Positions 14,001 through 26,000 of a stretch of DNA of 64,000 nucleotides are shown piece after piece; within the stretch, counting starts at the first letter, position 1, and each line of letters begins with the position of its first letter. The DNA lies in assembly GCF_001949145.1 (NCBI RefSeq), contig NW_019091358.1:682961-746960 (forward strand). The letters run 5' to 3'. This stretch comes from Acanthaster planci (taxonomy: Eukaryota). Under the pieces are notes generated by a model that made no database searches, was not told the origin of the DNA, and saw only the letters and a list, made by a program, of their open reading frames with translations. Both the position numbers and the translations under genes were made by a program.

Positions 14001-17000
14001 CCAAGTGGAAAGTTACATGTACAAATCTGAATGGCATCTTCTCCACCCTGGAAGTGCTGGAGAATCACTACTCTGAGATGGCTTGTTTCCAATTCCATCA
14101 GGGGAGGGTAACTTTGTAGGTAACCAGTTAGGGACTACCGATGATGCAAAACCATCCTTCCAGCGTTTACTCCAAACGTTTATCAAGACAGACCAACAGC
14201 ACCTTAAATCTTCAACGAATCCAGGCAAACAGAAACAATTATCTTCACTCACTTTATCCATGGACAATTCCGGAATGGAATCTTCTTCCCGACTTTGTCA
14301 AAAAACAACCCATATTGAATTCCTTCAGAACTTATTTAGATAATTAAATTACATGTTTGTGCAATGAATTCCAGTAAAAAAAATTGCTTACCCCTCAAGA
14401 TAATTACAGGTCAAACTGTACATGACACTCAATTATCATTGAAATGCATATACATACCATAGATGTTAGCGGTCGTATCTCCATCTTCCTTTAAGCTCTT
14501 CTCGTTGCCTTCTCTATCAGTCTTTCTACTTTCGCAACTAGTCGGGCCAAGGGTTTGCTCAACTGCACTTGCCTCTGCAGCCCTGGAGTTCCCTCCACCT
14601 TGTCCCTCTTGAGATGCATTCGATTTGCTTCTCGGACATTCAAACCGTGGTGGAGCTTCAGCTCCTTTTGTTGTACCTACATGAAGAATTTAGAGAATTC
14701 AATCTACCATTTGAAATTTAATTTGTCTAGAGACTCGTCGACACTCACAAAATAACTGCAGTGCTCACAAACGTAAATGGAAACGCCCTCAATGGTAGTA
14801 TATCAGAATTCATTTTTATATAAAAAGGATATTATAGGATATATGTCATAAAGTCACTATTATTGGCATGGATTTAGGTAGAATTGGATTTAGTTCAGCT
14901 TATACTACAGCAGTGTCTGAAACCAAGTCGCTTCTGAGTCGACTGAACGATTCCAAGTATCAATCGCCAGCTTGGGCTGGTGCGCCAGGTCACTCCTGAT
15001 TGTTTAAGATGTCAATCTCAATGCAGTTCTTGCCTTTCATTTGGTTTGGCGTGACTCTGGAATGCCTGTTTGAAACGAGGGCGTTGCATTTGTGTTTGTA
15101 AGTATTACTCTGATGTCTGTGTGTTTCATTGAGTCCAGTTCATGTCTGAAGCAAAACCTTAATCCACCTCGAGCAGAAATGCCCCCGTCGGTAGCCTTTG
15201 TTCGAGGCGCCCACGGCGAAAGTGATAGTCGAACAAGAGCGAGGATGGGAGCTGGAGGATACTAGTTTAAGCACCAAACCAATGCTCGAAGAAAGACTAC
15301 ACGACAAACCTCACACATGCCCGAAATAAAACGTGCATGCATATGTAGTAGCCGTGCTGTGTGTCGTGGACTGTGCGCGCCGCCGTAAGCGCCTTTGGAG
15401 CTTTGTTTCCAGTCGTTTATCTGAATTATTCAACATGCTAATGCTTATGAATTATTCACATTTCTCTGAACCAATCGTGTTTTGGGGGCTAAGTAGGCCT
15501 AGCATGTCTAAGCTAAGTCTCTATCAAAGCGCGTTTCAAAATGTAATCCCAACTGGCACCATGACAGCGTTACCTGCACGTGATAACCCCACCATAGGCG
15601 TTTATGCAGTAGCTGACAGATACATTTGACTAAAGGGGCCTTTCCACATGTCCATCAACACTTGCGTTGAGCGTTGTGTATCGCCCCGGGCGATTTTGAT
15701 GGCCGTACGCATGCAATGCACAGGTGTGTTATGTTAATGGAGTCGATTTCTATGTCCATAAAAGTGAAACGCGTGAACCCATTGTGCTCGCAAAGCACCC
15801 AAAAAACGTACACATGGAAAAGTGCCTTTACTCTGCATTTCTTTCGGTTCCTGACATAGTTTCTTTTCTTTCTAGGTAGGGATATGATTAATGTCAAGAA
15901 GAGGATTGTGTGATGTGAATTGACAAAAAACACTGCCTGCCAAAAGTTTCTACTCTAGTATGTGTTGATTTTATTGAAGAGAAGAATAACTTAAAGCGGA
16001 TATGGCTACACCGTCTTCAAAGTACATGTACATGTACAGTGCCCAGTGGGTAGCATCGCATGGTGAGATGTATGTTCATTACATCACTGTGTATTCCTTT
16101 CTCATCTGAACAGTGTGCTGAACAGAAGTCCTTCACATCTCATCCAGGAAATCATCCTAGTGGATGACTTCAGCGATAACCGTAAGTATACTCATCCTTA
16201 ATCAAGGCTTTGGCATTTTGTTTCAAATGAAAGGTGGATTGTGTTCTGGCTAGATTGCCAAAGACCAGCGAAATACGTGTGTATTTCAGGAAGATCAGTT
16301 TCACATTTTACCTGGCCTCGAAAGTTCTGTTTCTTTTTTCATGGTTATTGTGGGAAGCCACATGGAAGCATTCGGTATCAACATTTTTTCATCTACAAAT
16401 TTGTTTGCACTTGAAATGTAAATCAGTGAATCCGTAAAACATTGAAATTTTCATTCTGGGGACACGAGTATGTTCCTGTCCTTGATAAAGGCACTGTCGA
16501 CTATTTTTGTGTGCTCCTTTAAACCAATATTTGAAAAGTGAAATCCATCAAACCTTTATATAACAAGCCTCCTTTGGATGTGTTAGAATGTTCTGACTGT
16601 ACAATACATCACCAAGGGGTTGATATGGAGTGGCCACTTGCAGTGCATTGTAGGAAATGGTCAACAAATTTTATTTGCTGGCTGCACATGGGGAAATTAA
16701 AGTGTTCCCCTAAGTGTGTTTTTAGTTTGGGTTGAATATTCATAGTTTGGGTATGCCGAGTATCAGTTTTAATCCATTTTAAGATGGTTTTGTGAGTTGG
16801 TATGAAAGTTTTACTTAACAATTGTTAATAAAATTAACAAACCTGACAATTACCGTATGGATATGACTGCATCTGTCTTGAGAGTTAACATAGTCTGTGA
16901 TGATTGACAACCGTTTCCTCAGTACACACTGCCTAGCTATGTATGTGATGTAATTGCTATGCTACATGTATGTCTGCTTGGTAGCATCTAAGATGTACTG

Positions 17001-20000
17001 ATATAGCAAAAGTGAAATGACCCTTGACAAATATAAAAGCAGATGTTCGGAAGGAACTCTACTGAATTGGAAATACATGATAATGAGCTCTTCCTTTGAA
17101 AACATCTCTGGACTTCATTTTGGCACTTAAGCTGACTTTTGTTGTTTGTGAAGAGTGCCGTGCTTTGTCTGGAAGTGTTCTTTTTTGATAATTAGTTTCA
17201 AGACAGTGGTGCAAAATAACCGTCGATAGAATTAGAAAACTTGGAGGACACTTTCTGAATTTGTGTGGCAGTGTTACCAGATCTTTATTTTTCGTGATCA
17301 GAGTAATGTTTTTCCTTGGGGTTTATTGTTTAAGGCGCCTGAATCTGGAGGAGCCGGATTTTTTTGCACGTCTTCGGACAGTTCCAAAAGCAACGCTGAT
17401 CTGTTGGAGGTATTTCTACAGTCTCAAAAGCACACGTACTACAGCTTCAATGTGGTTTTCATCCAGACATTCATTTCAAAGCCGTGATTTTTACTCTGGG
17501 AGAAAGAGAGAGATTTTATGCTTGTGTTGATTTATAGCTGGGCACTTAATAGTACAGGCCCAGGGGAATGATGGGGCCCACAGACCTTTTACTAATCAAT
17601 TTTAATCAGAATGAGTCACAGCAGTGGAGAGCAGGGAATTCTACAGGCTAATAATACACACAGCCATGCCCTTGAAAGCACATTGGCCTACGCACTTTAT
17701 TTTGTCACTGGCTCTTTGACAAACCTCAACAAGGGGGGTATTGTGTACGCTTCAACAACACCTGTGTTAAGATCGGGATTGGGTTCTTTACTCTCTGAAT
17801 TTCCTGAAATTAGATTTAGTCCAATGAAAGAAATTTAAAGAGTATGAGGGAAAATTAAAGGAAACCATTGAGCCCAAGACACATTTTTTGTGTGTGTGAA
17901 AGATATTTTGCATATTATACATCTTCAAAGAGAAAATATGAAGTTTATAAAACATGAACATGTGCAAGCATGTAGTATACATTTTATATGTGATTACGAT
18001 GATGGTTTTAGCAGAAACCATGTTGTTAATTATGAATGACATCTGAAAGCTACCATAGATACATGTAGGATTGCCCTTACATCACCTCCAGAAAAAAAAA
18101 ACTGCTCGGGTGGAATAAACACATCATATCAGTTACTTTTTTGATGACGGTCAGGAAGGAACCCGATATGGTCATTTATCATCTCCCGAGTGTGGAGTGA
18201 GTTTTAATTAAATGTCAAAGTACACATGCGTGCGTAGTTCCTACCATGCCTCAGTTGCTCATGGTCATTGCTCTTGTGGCTAGTATTATAAGGAGATAAA
18301 GAAGAGCTCTACCAGTGCAAGATAGTTCCTGATTTTCCTGCGGGGACAGCAGAGATTGTTGCCAGCTCTCTGAAGTTTATCTTCAGGGAGTCAAGGTTGG
18401 GGACAAGATTGTGATCATGCGCTTTATTAGATTGCAGGCAAATCTATAATTTTCACACTCTGTTTTGAACCTCGGTAAGATGACATGTCTGAGACAGATT
18501 TATTTTGCAGAAGGCGTTATTGCCACTGATTTGTCAATTTACATTGTAAGCTTTCTCTAGCATTCCAGGTCCGACAAACAAGATGCAGTCTTTGAAAGAC
18601 AGTCGTTGAAAATCATTTCATTGGTTACTGCTCTACGTGTTTGGTCTGGAAACTGTCACTGGCAAGCATAAACGTTTTTCAAAGTGGGCTTTGCATGCTT
18701 TCCCGTGATTCGCATCTATTTCTGCTCCTTGTCGCTGGTGTAGCGCCTGCAGTGGGAAAAATTCAGTCAAATGTCATGTTGTCCCCCCCCCACAACACAA
18801 AAACGTCAGAATGAAATGGGAGAGGCGAATCAACGTCACAGACTGGTAGATGTGCAACTTAATAGCTGTTTGTCTTTCTTTGATCTGCCGTGTCTGAAAT
18901 TGTATGACCAAATCGTCCCAGATGAAATGCACCTTGTCAGTAGGTTGTCACAAAATTTGATCCGAGTGGTGACGGTTTCTGCAGTAAATACCCACCCACT
19001 CTTTTTGTTCATCCAATCTGCTCTTGAGTAGTCCAATCCTCCCAATTCACCTGTATTTGTCAGTTTCTGTATTCTTCAACTGAAAGGGTCAAGAGTGAAT
19101 ATAACAGGGTTGACATATTGACAACCCACCTTTTATGTCCATACATTTGGGTTGCTTGCTCCACACGCTATCTGAGTTTATGCATACGGCTTGAAAAACT
19201 CAATAACAATCCTGTCATCTGTGTCTTCTAAAATGTTCTCTCTCTGAAGTGTTTAGCTTATATATTTATGAACCTACCCAGCATTCCATCAGTTGGCAGA
19301 GAAGAGTTTAAAAAAACGGTTCAGTGAGTTCAGAAAAGTGCAACTGGCAGAAATGGATGTGAAGTGCAGTCTCGGTCATTTTCTGGTCCAGGGGAACTCC
19401 TGTTTCCCTTGTACTAAATTGACATTCCCATCGAGTTTGGAGCCCTCGTGCTGAGAGGATGTACATGTACGGTTCTAATTAGAAGCATATCCGACATGCA
19501 TAGGTTTGACTTGTGGTTCCACTTCTTGGACTTAGCCTGAAAACTTCCGCTACCATCAGATTGACATTAGCTTGGCACACAGTGGTGGCTAAATGTTTCT
19601 AAAGAGGGGGAAACAGCACTTTTATGTGTGTCTAGAGAGGTACACAAAGTGGGAGGGGACAATGAAAGGGGGAGGGCAGGGAGTAGGGGACTTGTTACAG
19701 TGCTGAATGATAAGAAACAGTTCTTGAAACCTACACATCCATTATATTGATGCAGTAATTCTGGGTTTAGAGGCTTAGTCATTCAGGTTTTGCTACTTCG
19801 TGCAAGGTGTACGTACATGTAATCATAGCCATTTTGGAGAGAACACAAGCCTTGTTATAATTATCGAAACCCTGAAAAGTTAAAGTATTTGTTGTAATTG
19901 TTACAACCTCTCGGCTGATGTTTCGTGGGTTAGCTGCTTTTTTTGTTTGTGTTTGTTTGATTCTTAGCTTTTTTTTGTTTTGAGCATCCTCTTTCCTGAT

Positions 20001-23000
20001 CTGTGCAAAATATGGATACCAAACTAATGAGGGTATGACTAATGAGAGTCTTGTACCCGATCCCTCTCTTACAGCTGAAGATGCTCAGATTCTCAGTCAG
20101 ATCCCCAAGGTGAAAGTACTACGTAATGACAGGAGAGAAGGTGAGTAATGCAACAGAGGAAGAGTTTTCATGTGGATGATGTCCAGGATTGCTCCAATTT
20201 CCATCAGGAACGCCTCAGCAAATTATTTGAGGAGTCTGGCTCACTTTTTCTCTGGGAAAAAAGTGAGGTCTTGTGGTTCTTCATTGCATTTATTTCAGGA
20301 TCTTGGGCATCACTTGAAATCAAAGTAGGAAAATTTCAGCTCTGCCTGAAAGCTGCAGGTCCCAGCATTATAGATCTGCCTCTCTAACCTAATTCACCCT
20401 TGTTGGACATGGGTCTGTAACTAAACCTCGGCTGGTCTGACTCTGCAGCAAAATGGAGGCATCCTGTTTGATGAAATAACCTCAACTTATAAATAGTATG
20501 ACAACAGCAACAAGAATAGCCAGGATGTGTTTTAATTAAACCCCATAATGAAGACTTCCTTCATAAAATTGCAAGGTGATTTTTGAAAATTGCTATCAAG
20601 GACCAGTACATGTACATGTATGTTTTTAGTGGTCCCTGTTTTGCAGAAGCACCACTGATAATTAAACTCTAAATCAATAATTATCTGTAGTTGCTCAAAC
20701 TTTGCCTGATAGTCAGCTCAGTGGGTGAACAGTAGCAAAGGCTGTGCCAAATACCCATATACATGTAGCCGAATACTTCATCGATCATCAAATATTCAAA
20801 TATTATTTTCCGAATTTGAATAGTCAAATGCAAACTTCATGAAAAGCTAGGGAGAATGTTCTTTTCTTTTAAATGAGAAAAATTGCACTGTGGAGGCTTC
20901 TTTCAAGCAGATTTAAACGAAAAGTGACAGAAATCTCAAAATGATTCAAAACTAGATTATTCATTGAAAAATGTAAAAGGACTAGAAATTTGCAATAAGG
21001 CAAGAAGTCTTGTTCATATCTTAAATCTTGCTAAATCGTGGCTGGAGATACTCCTAAATGTGAGAAGCTATTATAGTAATTATAATGTACAATTGTGTGC
21101 CTTATTGCAACTGACTTTGTATATGGTTTGTTCATCAACAATCTGCCGGTCAGGTACGACCAAATATTCAGATTTTCAATCAAATTGAAGGTTGAATATT
21201 CGAATAGTGAATTATTCGAATTGACTCAGCCCTAACTGTACCTTGGTTGGATTTGGTTGAACTTACAGAGGTGGAGGGGTGTTTTGCTGCCAAGAAACTG
21301 AGTGTCAACAAATTTTGATAAACTTTGGCATCTTGCTTTAGAAATAGAGACAGAAGAGAGAAAAACACTGGATTTGCAGATCCTTGATTTGGCACGTTGT
21401 TGACACACAGCTGTTTGAATCTATCATCTGTAGAGTAGTTTCCTCCTGGAAGGGCTCCACTTACAGTCCCACAGGAATCCACTTTTTATTACCCAAGGTA
21501 GCCAAAAAGTGATTCAAGCAATGGTACCTCTGGGAAACAGGTAAATCCTCTGTTAAACACCCTGACTTCCCCTTTCCCAGGTTGTTTGCAACACAGAGCA
21601 AGGACCACGTTTACAAGGAACTTGTAAATGTTTTGGTATTTTCCCACACAACGTCAGGCATAGATCAAAACTTCTAACATCGGTTTTATTACACATATCC
21701 GGTGCTGACATTTTTGTACTTAGTTTGTAAGCTCTACTCATTTGTTTGTTTGTTTGTTTGTTGGGTTGTTTGTTTGTTTGTTTGTTTTTTTGTGCTCAAA
21801 ATTGGAGTTAGACATCAAAATCATCAAACCAAAATTGAAAACCTCACTGGAGGCACTTAGATCCAGCATCTGCATAAAAGGGGAGAATGCTTGACATTTT
21901 TGGTACAAAAAAGGGGGCTACCCAAAATGGAGGTGAAAACTCTTGATCTTCATTGAAATTTCTGTCTTGAAAGTTATTAGTGAACCATGTGAGAGTGGAA
22001 GGACAAACTGGAAGAACGTATAAGTGAAAGAGGGAGGGAATAGATATGATGTACATGTATGCTCCAGATCTGCTACTGGTCAACATAAATTGTTTGTAGT
22101 TGCTTTTAGACCGATGTCTTATACTGGACAGTAGGCTTACTTGAATGTTAAGAAGGTCAATTTTAAAATCTAAACACCTGTCTGTGGTATGGGACATGCG
22201 TTCCAAGGATGGTGAGATGTTAGTGCTCGAGGTGAATAGTGCTCTTGAAAGATGCTTTAGGGTGTCTGACATGTTCCTTGCCCTCACAGCATAATGCTTG
22301 GAAACATTTTCTGAGAAGATGATGCTTAATGTATGTGGTTCTCGATCTCATTGAATTGTGTGCTGTTGTGCGATTTTCAGGTCTTATACGATCGCGAGTG
22401 CGAGGGGCTGATGCAGCCAGTGCCAGCATCCTCACGTTCCTGGACAGTCACTGCGAGGCAAACGTAGACTGGCTGCCTCCACTGCTGCATAGAGTTCACC
22501 AGGTCAGTCTGGAGTGAGAGACTATTAGGCTGAGGCACCCCCCCATGTCCACAGATGAAGCACTCTTCCGCCAAGGGTACAAGATTAAAAAGGCCCAGGG
22601 AAAAATTTCATACTATAAGCAGGATTAATCCCACCTTAGTCATGTCCTCAATCTTGCAGACGGTTTGTGATGCACACATTTTGTGTTACCTCGTGTATCA
22701 AGGGGGGTAGAGATATATTGGTTCTATATATAAAAAAAAGTCTGGTTGCTGATCTGAAGAATTGTAATTTGTATGTACTTATTCTTTCTGCAATATATCT
22801 TCTTGTCATTCTGTAAGATGTTTGGGTGCCTTGTGCAATTGTCAGGTTGAGTGATGGGCAGATTGAAACTTGCAGTGACAATCATTCTAGGTTTCCGTCA
22901 TTCGATGGGTGGTTTGAGTCCTTGAATAGTACATGTAGCTTACGTTAGAAAATAAATAGATTATGCTGGGAATCAAAATGTCAGGTCCTCTTATTTTTAA

Positions 23001-26000
23001 GATATGTCTGCATTTATTTCAGATCACTGAAGTCAGCATAAAGCAGTTTGAAGGAGTTTACATTTGCGATGATTTCCCTAAAGAGCGTTTTGTGATATGA
23101 CTAGGTAGTGCAAGTTGAACCATCCAGTTCATGCACATGTAACTACACTCCAATGAGTGTACAGTGGTTTTCCCATTGAGTATCGGGTAGATGTTATAGG
23201 CAAGGTATTTGCATCTTATGCCAAAATAGATGCTCGGTTGGATGTGCCAGAGCACAACTTCGGCAGCTGATGGACGCTGGGAATTGATCTGAGACCGATA
23301 GAATGTTGGAGGCCCTCAGGTGCCTCAGTGCCAAATGTCAGGCATAAGCCCCTGCTATGGAGCTGGCCAAATCTCTTGTTACCGCGATCAGATTGGGACA
23401 AAGATCTGACGTCAGCCAGGCGCAGCCAGGATCGGCAGGTACGTGCAAAGTGAGCGTGATGGCAAGGAGAAGGCGGGGGGGGGGACGTCAGTATCTGAAG
23501 CCGGGTGCCGAGCAAGCTGGACCTGGGATTAATCCCCCCCGTTCCTGATTTTTGAGGAAGAAAAGATGGCGTAGTTCTCTGGGGCCGGAAAGACGAAATA
23601 CCCCCTTCCCTACCCCGCCCCCAGTTCTGGGAAGATTAAAAAAAAAAAACTGGGCCCATAGCGGAGGCTTTGGAATGACTTTGCAGGTTCGAGGAAGACT
23701 GAGACCCACCTGCTAATTTATTTTGGATTTGGCCGATGTCCCTTAAATATCTGAAACTGCTATCAGTTTCCTGCATAGATGAGGAGGATCGAGGGACGTT
23801 TCTTGGCAGAGTGTCTGGGGAGTTCATATCAAGAGGTAGACAGTATGTCGAGCAGAAGTTGAGATTCTGTAGCCCAGACAGCATGGAATCCTGATGGACT
23901 GAAAGGATGTGATCACAGACCATCGGCTAGACCTGTTAACTGACTTGCAGCTTGAACCAAGATTGGCATCACCCGTTTCCCCTGTGGAGCCCACACTGGG
24001 GGACCCTTAGTGTTGCCCTAGTGAGTCTGTTTTTAGAGGCCCACCCCTTCTTTCTGATGATTGTTTGGAGGGGTGGGGCTGAAGATGATACCCCTTGCAC
24101 AACAGCAGCGATGATCAGTTACATGTAGGCCCACACTTGCACATTGCAGGCCGTACCTAATAAGTGGCAATGCTATATTTATGATTCATGCTGCAGGCTG
24201 TGTCTACAATAAGCTCAGGAAAAGGATAGTCTTGTCTTGTCAATCATTTTGTCTTACTGAGCACAACCTTTGAGTGGAAATGCAAGCTTCAAAAACCCTT
24301 CAGTTCATCCCATGTGACACTTCCCCATCCATGCATGTGAAGGGATATTGATGAAACCCCAGAACACGAGAAGCACTCACAGTAACAGCACAGTTCGGTC
24401 CATCGACTTGAGCAAGCAGTGCAGGCTCTGTACAAGCTAGACATTTATTTTGACGGCCGGGACCGTGATCAGGCTATTATTGCAGTCATTTGGACGTTAG
24501 TTGGTAAATGTTATGGGTGGATGGTGAGGGAGGCCTTGTTTGAACTTCATCAGCAGCTGTCTAGCACCCCACATGGCAGAGAGATGACTTTGAATTTCTC
24601 GGCCCAAAAGATCGGATTGACTTTCTTTTTTCTTCTCCTCTGTAGAAAGAAAACCTGTTCTCATGCAATTTCCTGTATTAAAGCTGTAGCTTCACCTTAG
24701 TGTTCGCTTTTAAAAGTATCAGAGGTGTGATAATTCAGCTTTTAGCTGATTTCTTGAGCCCTTTTTGTTTAGATGTTAACCCTGAATTTTGGCTTTTTGA
24801 ATAAACTATTATAAAGCACACGCATGGTTTGTTTATACACACCTGTTACACACCTTTGAGAGCCGAGTGCCAGTGTGTGAGTGTTGATATGTGTGGGTGC
24901 ATCATAGAGCCATAACAGTGTGGGATTCACGGTCTACAGATGGAGGCACCCAGAAGATTTGGCATTTCCAGTTTCTTTGTAAATGATCCAAGGCTCAGCA
25001 CTGACACTGGGCACAGTGTGGGTGTCACCATCCCTTTTAATCACCTTTGTAAAATTAGGCTTCATTGTGGATAAGAAAGAATGTTTCTCTGGTCTTTTGC
25101 CAGTTGTCTAGTCGCTCAAAGGTTCATCACAAGTCTTCTGCTCCCAAATCAAGTCATGGTTCAGGTGGACTTTGGCAGTCATTCTTGTCCCTTGGTACTT
25201 GGGACTGGATTACGTTACTACATAATGCCAAACTCCCCAAGGCTTTAAAATGTCAGTCATATATATACATGCACTGGGCCTATCTTGCATTTCCATGCAT
25301 TATTGACAGTCAAGGGTCGTTGTGCGGAATTTCATATTTACAATATTAGCATTCGCAACAGATAGAGCGCTCCTGTACTTGTGTCCTGGTTCCTGAATAT
25401 TTTCCAACAGCCATTCAAGTTATACAGTGATGATGGGGATAGCAGGCCTGCATTGAAGGGCATCTTTGCTTTGCCACAATGCAAAGAAGGAAATCCTATA
25501 GTCCTCCACAAGAACCCTCTGCCCAAAGAGTGAGAGGTTTTTTTTTCATCTTTCCTCCTGTTTTCTGTCTCTTTGCAGGATCAGCAAACCGTTGCGAGTC
25601 CCTCGATAGATATTATATCCATGCATACATTCAATTACACGGCAGCCATGACAGATCTCAGGGGAGGTACATACCGTATATCTATACATTCAAGCACTCT
25701 GTGTCTAAGAAAACTCATCACCAATGCCATTAACACACAACACGCCATAACAAACTGCATCCTCCAAACATAACCACTGCTCATAATACATGCACATCTA
25801 ATGCAAGGGACTGTTCTGTTCTAAGTCTGTCAGTTCTTTGGAATCAGTTCAGGTTGCTTTATTCACAGATAGAAGTACAAGGCGTAATGTTGTTAACAGT
25901 TCATGTACAGTGACATTTGTTTCATCAAGTATTATTGATTTGGGTTTGACTTTGAAGGGTCCCACCCTTCTTACCATGACATTCGCCATGGGGCCTGATT

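Noticed and set aside
23040..23100. [16 protein letters not shown] as a LINE ORF1 fragment
   Set aside because: A single short motif with no supporting flanking frame.
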